From Octopus sinensis (taxonomy: Eukaryota), in NCBI RefSeq assembly GCF_006345805.1, contig NC_042998.1, forward strand, positions 201,252,001-201,316,000: 64,000 nucleotides of DNA, given 5' to 3'. The notes beneath the pieces were generated by a model, which had not been told where the DNA came from, made no database searches, and saw only the letters and a program-made list of their open reading frames with translations. Position numbers and translations under genes: made by a program. Below, piece after piece: positions 26,134 to 39,183 of the stretch (position 1 is its first letter; each line of letters starts with the position of its first letter).

Positions 26134-27811
26134 CGTAATCATTTCGACTATAGAATATTAGAATATGGTAGTAGTATTAATTTGCACTTTTGCTACATAC
26201 TGAACAATAGTAAGACCATGTGGGAAATCTCACGTTGTGTCGAAATAAAAACACGTCGACGAGAGACAATGAAGAGAGATTATAAAATGTGGTCTACCAA
26301 AAGAAAAAAAAAAGAAAAAACTGCCGCTACATCTATACGTATCGGCTGAAATTCTTGAAATGTTCACCGCCGCAAGGTATTTCTGTGACATTAGACCTCA
26401 GTTTTTTTTTAATTTTTTTTTTTTTTTTTTAAGTATATTGATTCATCGTATATCTAATCGCAACGGTCTACTAGTTTTATCTTTCTACTAGCTCACAAAT
26501 GCTAACCTTCAGATTCAGTTTTCACCATCTTAATCTTTCCCGTATTCATATCATTGATTTATATCTTTGTTAATTATCGTCCTCCTCTAAATCCCCATAT
26601 AAATACTTATATCAATGATAAACTCAGGGACATAACACGTCTCCACGACGTGGAAATTGAGGAAACAACGTACGGTACTGTATATTCCACATCAGATAAC
26701 TTCATATCGTATATTTATCTTCTGCTATTTCATATGTATTCGCACAGTTATTTCACTAAGTTTATGGATATTTTAGTTCCATATTTTTACTTCTACTCTT
26801 TAACTCATTTAGAGTTACCATTTTCAGACGTGCCTGTTCAATTTATTTATTTCGTGGGAGCTTCATTTTCCTATCGAGCACTTTATTTACGTAGCATTTT
26901 TTCAGTCGATGATCACGATATTTGTGGAGGCTGATGTACTCGTATTACAACATTGTCTATATGAATCTAGATTTCTTGCCGAAAACACTAGTGAGGCCAT
27001 TTTACAAGTTTCGCGAATATTTCTTAATTTTTGTATCGTTATGTTTATATAAAAAATGTGTGTTTCGTTTATAGTTTATTGCTAGGCAATAAACTAATTG
27101 ATTTTTTTATCAAACGTTTTGGAAATAGATACTTCTTACTGCAACGTCCATAATAAAGCAGCACAAAAATAAATAAATAAAAACAAAATATCTATCACGG
27201 TGCATCCAGCTAATTTTTATCTTTAATTATATTATCCAATGCATATTGAGAATACCAACATGCGTTCGTTGCATTTCTTTCTGTCCAGAAGCGTAAGATA
27301 CGTAACTGCAATAGACTGTAGAGTCAACTTGAAAGTACCATATAAATACGAGTGCTTTTATGTATCATGAATTCATATGAGAGAACCTCTTCATATGACA
27401 GATCCTCTTAAATGCAGTATTCTCTGGTGAAACACAAGCTACATGTTAAGTTTGGGACTGAGGTGGCCTTTTCGAAGATTTAATGCTATTGTTGTTAGAA
27501 ATTTTTTTTAATGAGCCCACTGTATGTTTGTGACACCAGTGACTGAATGGACACTAATATTCTCTAGATAGCTGATGGGGAGAATTAGCTGTTATGTTGC
27601 TGCTAGATATATGTCCCTGAGGAACCCAAAACCAGCGAAATCTCATTCTCTGGTAGTTCCGGTTGCCGGAGCAGGGGGGTTTCCTCTGTCAACGATATTT
27701 ATGTGAGTGATTTGACACACGACGAGTCCATATGAGAGATCCATTGGAGCTAAAGAACGCAGTGTTCTGTATTCGAACACAACCAACACATTAAGTTGTC
27801 GATCCTGATTG

Positions 27812-27866
<55 letters not shown>

Positions 27867-28547
27867 CAAACACACACACCTATATATATACAAACACACA
27901 CATATATATACAAACACACACACACACACACACACAAATACACGCACACAAACAGACACACACATATAACGGTTCATTGGCAATTAATTCTTGACTAATA
28001 TATAATTCAGAGTCAGTTATGGATACTTTCTTCATCTACAAATTTGTATTGCTGTCGGCATGGAATCCATTTCAGATTACTGATATCTAAAACAGATTAT
28101 ACAAGCCACCAGATGGGGACAATATGTAACAATGTTGGCTCCAATCGTCAGCACATGTTCACATCAATATAAACCGAATCCAAAGAACTGAGATTTCTGT
28201 TAATTCTTGCCATTTGTTAAACGATAGTCACAGAGTTCCGAGACAGAATTTAATGCATAATGCATATCGTCATTGACTCTGACTGAGAAAAATACATATT
28301 GATCAAGAGGGAAAATATGCGAATATTCTTTTGTTGGTTCTAAGGAGTAATATAACGTAAGAATATCCAAACACCAGTTTACCGAAATTTGCACATTTCT
28401 CTTTTTTTTATCATTCCAACATTTTATTATGTTACATCTGCAATTAATATAATGTATAAACATCACACAACCTCATTTAGTTTTTGGTCTGTAATTCTGC
28501 AGGTTCTTGCCTGTATATCTATGAAAGAGAAATAAATCCAGAACATA

Positions 28548-28960
28548 GGCGCTGGAGTGGTTGTGTGCTAAGTAGCTTGCTAACCAACCACATGGTTCCG
28601 GGTTCAGTCCCACTGCGTGGCATCTTGGGCAAGTGTCTTCTGCTATAGCCCCGGGCCGACCAATGCCTTGTGAGTGGATTTGGTAAACGGAAACTGAAAG
28701 AAGCCTGTCATATATATGTATATATATATATGTATGTGTGTGTTTGTGTGTCTGTGTTTGTCCCCCTAGCATTGCTTGACAACCGATGCTGGTGTGTTTA
28801 CGTCCCCGTCACCTAGCGGTTCGGCAAAAGAGACCGATAGAATAAGTACTGGGCTTACAAAGAATAAGTCCCGGGGTCGATTTGCTCGACTAAAGGCGGT
28901 GCTCCAGCATGGCCGCAGTCAAATGACTGAAACAAGTAAAAGAGTAAAAGAGTAAAGAGT
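28548..28960 (+). mobile_element. SINE family A, full length
   Basis: ggcgctggagtggttgtgtg...ggttcagtccc...ggcggtgctccagcatggccgcagtcaaatgactgaaac followed by (agtaaaag)n. Confidence 0.95.
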
Positions 28961-30121
28961 AATATGCCAACTAATTACTGGAAAGTACGCTAACTAAATC
29001 AAGTACAAAATTTATTGCTTTCCAAGCAAACGTTACAGTTTGGAGAGCAACAATAATAACCTAGCTACCATTTCATGGCTGACTGTTATGTTTATGGTGT
29101 CATGAGACTGAGTAACTAGTAATTGAATTGTGAAAAATTAATATTTCACCTTCCATTAATAACCAATAATTTTAATAGAAAATATAAGCAATTTAATATC
29201 GCAATCAAGAACAAATATTTCTCTGATTCTGTTTGTGTCAAATTATATTTTTTCTCTCCTACGCTTTTTTTGTTCTTCACACACACACACAGCACGCACG
29301 CACACCAATGCCCACAGATACACACACGTACATTGCCCACTCACACATACACACATACGCACACTTAAACAATGGCACATGCATGTAAAAATATACGCGT
29401 TCTTTTTTGTTCACACTTAAGTATATTTTATGATATTTTATGTGATGAAATACGTTATCAATTAAATCCTATCAGCTATTTGGCATAATTATAGGAAACA
29501 ATTTAACTTTGTTTTTTTGGCATATATTCCTATTCCATTCATTATTTTCTATAAATAGGTTAGCATAACAGCCTAACGTATCAATCATAGGACAGAGAGA
29601 GTACGAGCGAGAGTGAGAGACAGGGACGTAAAAGATATGTGCATAATAGAGTTATACATACATACATATACATATAAATAGAATGTCCTTGAAATTGTCT
29701 CTACACTGGTGCTCATACATTCTTCTTCAACGTTTGCAGCACTGATAGCTCTGTCCTATCACTCAAATCAAGCACTTTTTTGCATAATCCATACAGAGTT
29801 TGCTTCGAGCGTGCTATATCCATACTTAACGACGAAATGCATTAGAACACTTGTAGTATGCCTCTCCAATACCACTTTACAAACTTCACAATTCAGAGGA
29901 ACCTTCAATATCTCTCTCTCTCTGGTTACAGGGTCACTCTCAATCGTATGCGATTGTTTGAAGTTATACTTCTGATGAAAATACTATCTTCGATTTCTTA
30001 AATGTTGGCAAATTCTGTTGGCTTCCACACAGCACAGAATGCAAACAATGCTAATATGGAATTTGAAACTTTATCTACGCTGAACTCTCTCCAGCAAATA
30101 GGAACATCACAACATCACCTC

Positions 30122-30381
30122 ATCATCATCATTGTTCGACCGTGGTCGAGACTTTCCTTAGTCTTTTCAAATGGCTAATAATGTGTGCGCGCGCCACTAC
30201 TACACACATTGGAAAGCATCGTACAACCAAGTACTAAAGAAGATCTTTGCTTCTCCATGAATCAAAGCTGTTCCCGCTGGACGTCAACCCGGTATTTCTA
30301 AGCTACGGACCGAGTGATTTATTGTATGGTTATCTCCCTAGATAGATTGCCTTCACTACGGCTAAGGAGCCCTTTCTACCC
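30122..30381 (-). mobile_element. Short non-autonomous RTE derivative with 10-bp TSD
   Basis: TSD acatcacctc at 30112-21 and 30382-91. The 3' tip gtctcgaccacggtcgaacaatgatgatgat is identical to the RTE end at ~43660-43690. Confidence 0.8.
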
Positions 30382-30571
30382 ACATCACCTCAACGTACCA
30401 TATCAGCAACACATATACGCACAACTCATTTGATGGATTTCTTTATTACCTGAAAAACTGTGATTCCTACGTAAGTGGTATTCTTCAGTTCTCACATTGT
30501 GAGCTCGGTAATTTAACATGAGCACCCATGGCCCAACAAAAAGTTCTAAATTAAAAACCTACAAGATAATA

Positions 30572-30803
30572 TATATTCCTTACTACCCACAAGGGGTTAA
30601 ACACATGGAGACAAACAAGTACAGACAAACGGATTAAGTCGATTATGTCGACCCCAGTGCGTAACTGGTACTTAATTTATCAACCCCGAAAGGATGAAAG
30701 GCAAAGTCGACCTCGGTGGAATTTGAACTCAGAACGTAACGGCAGAAGAAATACGGCTACGCATTTCGCGTGGCGTGCTAACGTTTCTGCCAGCTCGCCG
30801 CCT
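30572..30803 (-). mobile_element. SINE family B monomer
   Basis: ggcggcgagctggcagaaacgttagcacgcc...gaggtcgactttgcctttcatcctttcgggg... Confidence 0.92.
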
Positions 30804-31252
30804 TATTAGGTAATATCAACAAAATAACCAACAAGATAATATCAATAGTTCTTGAAGTGATGTACCTATTTGGTTTATTTGCATATTTCGTGCGTAGAAC
30901 AGAGAAAGTACAGCTTCTATTGTGGCAGATGTTATGAACACAATAATACAAATTTTGTTTAGAAAACTTCAAGCATTTTGTGTAGCTCCGTCCAGTATCA
31001 ACGACCTCGCTCATATTTTCAGTTATTTAAAATGAATATCAACTTCAACAATGATTGACATTATCTTCGCTTTTCTATAGATTTCCACATTTGGCATATT
31101 TCATTATTTTCCACCTCTGGGCATATTTCATACATGTCAAAATTTTTCCAACCGTCCATGACTATTCAACATCAACTATACATAGCAGATGTGAAATAAC
31201 ACGAATATGCCCGCCTGATAATGCCCTAGCGCCTTATCTGTTAGATTATAAA

Positions 31253-31254
<2 letters not shown>

Positions 31255-31293
<39 letters not shown>

Positions 31294-31343
31294 CCACCAT
31301 CACCACCACCACCACCACCACCACCACCACCACCACCACCACT

Positions 31344-31383
<40 letters not shown>

Positions 31384-31413
31384 TTACTATTACTATTACT
31401 ATTACTATTATTA

Positions 31414-31444
<31 letters not shown>
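31255..31444. repeat. Compound trinucleotide array (CAT)n(CAC)n(TAC)n(TAT)n
   Basis: Direct read. Confidence 0.97.
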
Positions 31445-33255
31445 GCCCTTGCACAGCTTTTAACTCTGGAGATATACTACAGTGTCAGCTGTTCAATACC
31501 AGTAAACTAACATAACACCTCTTATTTTTCGAACAACTTCCGGAGTAATCATGCGGTTTCAAGCAGTGCTGTTTTCTGCAAGTGCTCCACCCTTAGTGCA
31601 GCCCCTATTTGTTCCACGTACTTCTTCAGAAATTTGCTCGCTTTTCCTAGCGCTCCGTCAATTATTTGCTACCTTTTTTCATCGACCACCACTGCTTAAC
31701 TTCCAAAGTTAACATGTCATATCTCTCGACTTTTCTTTCTTCCTTATAGAATACCTTGTTGTTAGCTGGGCATGCTATATCTATGATCCGGAAAATCCTT
31801 TGTATTTCTTTGTATTTCTAGTTTCGACGATGCTTTCAGGTTTGTGGTCGTACCAAACTTTTGCTCTGTGAACTGCATAGTTCTTGCAAACTGTCCAATA
31901 CATAAACCTTGCTATATTGTCATGGCGTCTCTTATATTCCTTCTGAACTAGTGGCGTACATTGGCTGGTAATATGTCATATGGTTTCACCGTGTTGTCCA
32001 CAGATTCTACACTTACCACTTTCTGTTGTGTTGCCTATTCTGTATTATATGTAGTTTGTTCTTAGTGCTTGCTCTTGGGCAGCACAGATTAGAGCCTCAT
32101 TTTCCGGTTTCAAATCACTTTTGATCATCCACAGCCATCTTATTTCTCTGTCTGCTTTGTCTTCAACATCTCTATGAAATTGTCCATGCATTCTTTTCTT
32201 TACCCACCTATTTTCAGTTTCATTCGTTTTTATCCTACACAAGATTGACCTTCTTCCAATAATACCATGCTATGCTGTTTTTTTCTGCTCTAATGCTGAG
32301 TTCGCATCCAATAGGTCCTCTTTCCCTTCTTTTTCTTTGTCATTTTTTGGGTAGAGGGGCCCATAACTAGTAAACAACTTCCTTGTCTTTCTGTCTAAGG
32401 TGTTTAGTTCGTCCACTGTCCATGCGATTACCCCTGCTCCATATCTAAGGAGTGAAATTCCCCAGGTGTTGCTGGCTTCAATCAGATTCTGTCTATTTAA
32501 TTTCGACTTAAGTATCAGTCTCAGTCTGCGCAAGTACTCCACCTTAAATGTGTCTGTCATTTCTTTCTCAATCAAATTATTCATTTCCAAATTACCCAAG
32601 TACTTAAAGCCCGTCTCTTCTATCTGCTTCATAGCCACCCCCGACGATATCTTTAGCCCGTCCATACGTTTGATTTTGCTTCTCTTCAAGATTAACACAC
32701 CACACTTTCTCAGTCTGAACACCATTCTGATATAAGCATTGAAGGTATACGCCGTATAAATGAAGGAACTGACTTGGGATTCATATTTACCATAAATTTT
32801 GAGGTCATTCATAATTAACAAATGGTTGACTTTTTGTTGGTGGCTTTTGAATACATACCCAGCCTTTGCTTTCCTCAGAATCAGTGTTAGTGATATCATG
32901 CACAGTACAAAGATCAGTGTGGACAGACAGTTACCTTGGAAGATGCCCCGCCTAATTTCTACTTTCCCTAAACTTTTCCCGTATGCTGTCTGGTCCGTCC
33001 TCCAACCCGCCATAATTTTCCATGTAATCGCCCAACATTCGATGCACTCCCAAACAGGTTCATACACTCCATAATCCAAGAATGTGGGATCAAATCTAAC
33101 ACCTTACCATATTCGATCCATGTCATGGCTAAGTTACTTTTCCTCCTCTTGCGGTCTCTAAGTACAGTTTTGTCTATCAGAGTTGATCCTTGGTACCTCT
33201 GCACTTACGCTTGCACCCCTTCTGCTCATGTGGCAGGTCACCATTTTTTCCACAT
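31445..33255 (-). mobile_element. Degenerate R4/Dong-clade LINE (RT, CCHC knuckle, restriction-like endonuclease)
   Basis: IRRGIFQGNCLS, VNHLLIMNDLKIY, LLRYGAGVIAW, KCRICGQHGETI.HITSQC, RRHDNIA, IIDIACP, LQKTALLETA. The 3' end runs directly into (AAT)n. Confidence 0.9.
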
Positions 33256-33291
33256 GTTCGTACATTCACACATATATGTATATTAAATATA

Positions 33292-33340
<49 letters not shown>

Positions 33341-33446
33341 ATATATATATATATATATACATATATATTATATATATATATTATATATATATAATATTAT
33401 TGGATATATATGTATTCATATATATATGTATATATATATATGTATT

Positions 33447-33692
33447 TTTGATAAATATGCTAAGAAAAACAAAAGACTGATAGATACCTCGATATTATGT
33501 AAATAGAGAAATATTTTATTGAATATGTGACATTATTCGGAGCCATGATAAAACTTTAAAATCCGAGTTTTGGGATGTCGGTGTGGGGGACATCCACGAA
33601 ACCATCGGATAACTGAAGACTGGCGGCGTGGATTTCCACCCCGACATCAGAAATTCGAGTCTTATCATGGCTCCCGAATCATTGTCACATAT
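33447..33692. repeat. Head-to-head palindrome of PLE pLTR sequence
   Basis: atatgtgaca..agccatgataa (33523-) pairs with ttatcatggct..tgtcacatat (-33692). The left arm extends into the family also seen at 16728-16830. Confidence 0.8.
33608..33666 (+). ncRNA. Type I hammerhead ribozyme motif (H4), distorted stem II
   Basis: gataa-CTGAAGA-c-tggcgg.gtgg/ccac.ccgaca-tca-GAAA-T-TCGA-GTC^ttatc. 5-bp stem I and a palindromic TCGA loop. Confidence 0.65.
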
Positions 33693-33749
33693 TACTTTTA
33701 CAGACATATATACATATATATATATATATATATAATCTATATATATATA

Positions 33750-33780
<31 letters not shown>

Positions 33781-34106
33781 CAATTTTAAAATTCGATAAA
33801 TCTTCATAAGAATTTATCAAGTAGATAGCGTGAAAAACTTCATAAGAGTAAAAAACAACCATCAATTTTATTTCCTTTAATTTTATTTATTTATATATTA
33901 TAGAGATGGCACTTTAACACAGAATTCTCACTCTAGGAGCGACTCTTAAGTAAACCTACTAAAATAATAAATACATCGTACCGAACAATTCTCGAAAGCA
34001 GGTATTATATTTTAGTAATTTGACTTTAAGGGTCCCTCTTAGTTTCAGGCATCTATATGTAATATGCCCCCTAAATCTCAATAATATATATATATATTAT
34101 ATATAT

Positions 34107-34141
<35 letters not shown>

Positions 34142-34146
34142 CTATA

Positions 34147-34176
<30 letters not shown>

Positions 34177-34178
<2 letters not shown>

Positions 34179-34252
34179 CATATGTTTCGGGCCTTTATTA
34201 GACAGATTTATAACAAAGCATATGTATGTCTGTGGCCTTCTTCAGCCGCGCA
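34177..34252 (-). ncRNA. Hammerhead motif (H5) truncated at its cleavage site
   Basis: Minus strand: gcgcgg-CTGAAGA-AGGCC...GGCCC-GAAA-C-ATAT-GTA, then host (TA)n. The 3' strand of stem I is absent. Confidence 0.8.
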
Positions 34253-35924
34253 CAACAGCTTCCACAAGGACATGTGTTACATCAAAAATTCTTGGTTGGG
34301 GATGCAAATCCTCTCATTCACGTACGTACGACATAATGCGGCAGCAGCATAGAGTTGAAGCGTCCATCTTTTTCTTCTCTCAATGTAGAATGAGGAAATT
34401 GGATGTTGAGGTATGTAAATAAATAAATACATATATAGAGGTGAAGATGGAGGGGCGAGAGTTCGGGACGAGGGATAAAAAATGTATAAAAAGTGTAAGT
34501 ATAGAATATAATAAAAATGTAGAGGATAAAGGGTTGTAAGTAGATGTAAAGGGGCTATAAAGAAATATAAGTAAAATAGAATAGAAATAAAAGTAAAAAA
34601 AAAAAACCTGATAAAAACATGATAAAAGTGTAAAAGAATGTAAAGAAAGGATGTATAGAGTTATGGACCAAGCATGGTGGTCAGGAGATTGATAAAATTT
34701 AGTTGTAGAATTGTCAGTACATCATCAGTTTCGTCTGGGGACTTAATGCGTTGTTAAATCAGAGCTGATGAGCATTTAATCTGTTCCTTGAATTAAATGG
34801 ACTTCTAGTACAACATATCATCATGGATATATACACCCACATACACGCGTACATATACGCCTCCAAGCCTATAAGCATACACACGCACTCGCGTGTAAAC
34901 ACGTACATAAACACACACGCACCCACACGCACGCGCGTACACACACATACATACAGCAGAATATCCGCATATATACACGGACATTACGCGCGTACACGCT
35001 CACATGTAATACGCGCGCCCATCACTACATACACACACGTATATGCCCCGCCTCTAGGTCAGGTATAAGATATTAAAGGATGTGTATAAAACGTATGTAA
35101 AGAATCCCGTACTCATGTCAATACGCGCACGCACACACGGCTGTGTGTCCGTATGTGCGTGCACATATACCTCATATACACACACAGAGACACACGCGCA
35201 CATGGGTATAGCTATAAGATATCGAAGTATGCATGTACATATATGCGCGTGCATATGTATGTATGCGTATACACACGTACGCGGACGCTCGTATATTCAA
35301 AAGGTGGATCCATAGGTAAGTAAATAAACATATATAGAGGTGTAAAGCGATAAGTTAGGGGTAAGAATGAGGGTAAGGGTAAAGATTAGAAATAAAAAAT
35401 ACAGTATAAAATAAGAAATACAATGTAATAGTTAGAAATGAAGTATAAGAATTATAAAAATTATAAGAGTTAAGGTAAGGGATGAAAATGAAAATGAGAA
35501 TAAATGGAAGTAGAATAAAAGTAAAAATAAAATTAAAAATAAAAATAAAAATAAATGGAAGTAGGATAAAAGTAAAAATAAAAGTAAAAATAAAAATAAA
35601 ATAAAATAAGATAAAAATATAATTTTGTAAAGTTTAAAGTTGTGTGTTAAACGTAGAGGGGGCGGGAGGAACTGAAAATTGGAAGGGTGGGAAATGGAGT
35701 TTGGCGGTGTGTGCGTTCAACATCTGAGTTAGAAATGTGAAAGGGTATAGATATAGGGGATTAAAGAGACTACATAGGGAGGATATGGGTGTAGGAGAAG
35801 AAATATTTAGGGAAAAGAAGTCATATATGGGAGACAAAATTGTATATATAGGGGGAAAATGCAGGGACCCTATATGCACGTACACACACCCACACACACA
35901 CACACACACGCACATGTACATATA

Positions 35925-37219
35925 TGTTAAGGAGTTTACACAGCATAGTTGGCATCTTGCTCTATTATTTAAATAAGGTGCAGCTGATCTGATGATGGAC
36001 CATATGAGTTTGAAGAGCTATGCATTTGTCTTTTAATTCCCAAATTCTTTTTAGAGAGGGAGGTGCTGTTAGCCTTATGTCTGTGTCTCAGCGAGGACCG
36101 GTGGTTGTAGTATCTGGATTTCCAGGAGGTTGAGCAACCATATAGGTGAGTGTGTTAAAATGAGTACTCACCTCACATGAGTATATTACGTTTTTCGCCC
36201 TACATGCGCCCTGCAGCGGGCACTCTGATGCACATCTGCAGTTGCATTGCATTGCATTGTTCGGTCGTGTGCTGCTAATCCCAGGCGGAGGTGTTGCAAT
36301 ACGAGTGGGGGCGTTGGTATCCTCCTGGTTGTTGATGGGTGTAGTATTTCCTCTGTTGTGTTGGCGGGTGTTATTACTAACTGTTTGGGTAGTATGGCTG
36401 CCAGTCTGGTTATATTGTCTACTGTCTGATGAGGGGGGTGTTCTGTTGTCGCTATGGTTTGCTCTTGATCTAGCTGTTCTAATATTAATATAGTTATGTT
36501 TAGCTATGAGGCAGCTCATGTTGGGCAGGGTAGAGTAGGAAATCCTAATAGTTTTGTTGGAGAAGGTACTTCTATACTGTGGGTGGGTGGGAAGTTGTTG
36601 GAAATTATAGAGAATATTCTCTTACATAACTTACCCCTAACTGCTAAGTTGAAAGGTATGTTGAACCATATATATTTGCGTAATCTACTATTATCCCATC
36701 TATTTCTCCTAATAGGATCTATATTGCTCTCGTCGGGAGGGTTACTATTGTGTGCTGTTCTATTAGTTCGCCTATTTCCTATACGTTGTTTGGAGTTTAA
36801 ATTAGAATTATCGCTAGTGTGAGTTGAGTGCTGAGTTCGATTATAATTGGGAGTCTTATGGCCGACGGACGCTCCCGGGTGGTCTACATATGATATTCTC
36901 TGGTTATACCCGGCACTATAGAGAGCCTGGTTGTAGTGTTGTGCATGATTATTGAAAATTTCTCTATTAGAGGATAGTTTTGTCAGTCTGTCTGAGATGG
37001 CTTGGACCGTGGTGCTAATTATACAGGGTGGATGGTTGGAAGAGGTATGGATGTATTTGGTAGTTTCTTCTACGGGTAGTGAAGGTGCTTATTCAAATCT
37101 AACGTAACATCGAAGAAGTTTACTATTTTAGTATTGGTCATAAATTCTAGTTTAAGATTGAAGGATTTGAAAAAAAGCCTGATCTTTTTCCTAATTCTTT
37201 CTAGTTTACTCCTATTGTT
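35925..37219 (-). pseudogene. PLE reverse-transcriptase C-terminus/thumb + GIY-YIG endonuclease remnant
   Basis: VNFFDVTLDL, YIHTSSNHPP..RLTKLSSNREIF, RKYIWFNIPFN, ISYSTLPNM, CPLQGACRAKNVIY, RYYNHRSS, WSIIRSAAPY..RCQLC, read across frameshifts. Confidence 0.9.
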
Positions 37220-38012
37220 GGGCATATACGTGTGTGTATGTAGTGATGGGCGCGCGTATATACTTGTGAGCGTGTACGCGCGTAATGTCCGTGTATATAT
37301 GCGGATATTCTGCTGTATGTATGTGTGTGTACGCGCGTGCGTGTGGGTGCGTGTTGTGTTATGTACGTGTTTACACGCGAGTGCGTGTGTATGCTTATAG
37401 GCTTGGAGGCGTATATGTACGTGTATGTGGGTGTATATCCATGATGATATGTATGTACTAGAAGTCCATTTAATTCAAGGAACCAGATTAAATGCTCATC
37501 AGCTCTGATTTACAACGCATTAAGTCCCCAGGCGAAACTGATGATATACTGACAATTCTACAACTAAATTTTATCAATCTCCTGACCACCATGCTTGGTC
37601 CATAACCTCTATACATCCCTTATCTTTACATTCTTTTACACTTTTATCATGTTTTTATCAGGTTTTTTTACTTTTATTTCTATTTCTATTTTTACTTTAT
37701 ATTTCTTTATACCCCCTTTACATCTACTTACAACCCTTTATCCTCTACCTTTTTATATTATTCTATACTTATACTTTTTATACATTTTTTATCCCTCGTC
37801 CCGAACTCTCGCCCCTCCATCTTCACCTCTATATATGTATTTATTTATTTACATTACCTCAACATCCAATTTTCCGCATTCTACATTGAAAGAAGAAAGA
37901 GATGGACGCTTCAACTCTATGCTGCTGCCGCATTATGTCGTACGTGAATGAGAGGATTTGCATCCCCAACCAAGAATTTTTGATGTAACACATGTCCTTG
38001 TGGAAGCTGTTG

Positions 38013-38089
38013 TGCGCGGCTGAAGAAGGCCACAAACATACATTATGCATTGTTATAAATCTGTCTAATAAAGGCCCGAAACATATGTA
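38013..38089 (+). ncRNA. Hammerhead motif (H6) truncated at or just past its cleavage site
   Basis: CTGAAGA 38020-26, GGCC/GGCC stem II, GAAA 38078-81, C-ATAT-GTA 38082-89. Only 'cc' of the stem I 3' strand follows. Confidence 0.8.
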
Positions 38090-38133
38090 CCTCTGAATCC
38101 TTCGCATCATGTTTTTATTTTATTTTGATCAAT

Positions 38134-38169
<36 letters not shown>

Positions 38170-38795
38170 CTCATGCTCGTATATATTTATGTATATGTAT
38201 ATATACATGTATGCATTTATGTGTATGTGAGTGTTTGAGTTACAATCAAATATTATGAGGGACGATAATGTGGTAATACGATGCGGGATTTTACATGGCA
38301 GTTCGTATCAGAGCTAATGGCTTGTAGTTGATGCTATAAAATCTGGATTAAGTCACAATATCGCATCCTCTCCTGATGTATGAGCTGATTATTTGTACTG
38401 TAAAGTGATACCTCCTGGTGTTTTTACTGTTTTCGTTCTTGCTCCCAAAAATGTCATTGTAATATTTGTTCCCATTTACATCAGGAAGATATAAACTTGA
38501 GATATGTGTGTTCATGCACTTTTCCATTTCGGCAATGATGATTTTGTTATATATTTGCATAGCGGAGAAAAATATATTGACCTATTTAAACAGTTCATGG
38601 TATTTCTGCTAGTTTTGCAAAACAATGAAGAGGCAATGAAGAATTAAGAAGAATATATGAATCTCGACAAACGGTTATGTAAGCCAGCTAGAAATTTCCT
38701 TAAAAGCTCGTATGCTATATCAACCATAAAATGCTATATAATTTTGTTATATTTCTTAGTACTGTCATTCTCTTTATACATATATATATATTAAT

Positions 38796-39183
38796 GTGGA
38801 TGCGCAATGGCCCAGTGGTTAGGGCAGCAGACTCGAGGTCATAGGATCGCGGTTTCGATTCCCAGACCGGGCGTTGTGAGTGTTTATTGAGCGAAAACAC
38901 CTAAAGCTCCACGAGGCTCCGGCAGGGGATGGTGGTGATCCCTGCTGTACTGTTCCACCACAACTTTCTCTCACTCTTACTTCCTGTTTCTATTGTACCT
39001 GTATTTCAAGGGTTCGGCCTTGTCACTCTCTGTGTCACGCTGAATATCCCCGAGAACTACGTTAAGGGTGCACGTGTCTGTGGAGTGCTCAGCCACTTAC
39101 ACGTTAATTTCACGAGCAGGCTGTTCCGTTGATTCGGATCAACCGGAACCCTCATCGTCGTAACCGACGGAGTGCTTCCATCC
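38796..39183 (+). mobile_element. tRNA-derived SINE family C, full length with TSD
   Basis: A-box tggcccagtgg, B-box-like gtttcgattcc. TSD atatattaat at 38786-95 and 39184-93. Confidence 0.92.

Larger units (their letters stand above)
34177..38089 (-). mobile_element. 5'-truncated Penelope-like element with ~870-bp inverted terminal repeats
   Basis: Coding remnant at 35925-37219 (-). The arms 34177-35048 and 37220-38089 are reverse complements, and both end at an HHR cleavage triplet. Confidence 0.9.

Noticed and set aside
29700-30000. Protein-like minus-strand stretch (KYNFKQSHTIESDP...CEVCK)
   Set aside because: Short, ends in a stop, and has no family motif I can name. Possibly decayed transposon sequence.
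37505-37555. ctgat...cgaaactgatga in the PLE arms (mirror at ~34720-34770) as a second hammerhead
   Set aside because: The core elements are in the wrong order or context, and no stems I/II can be drawn.
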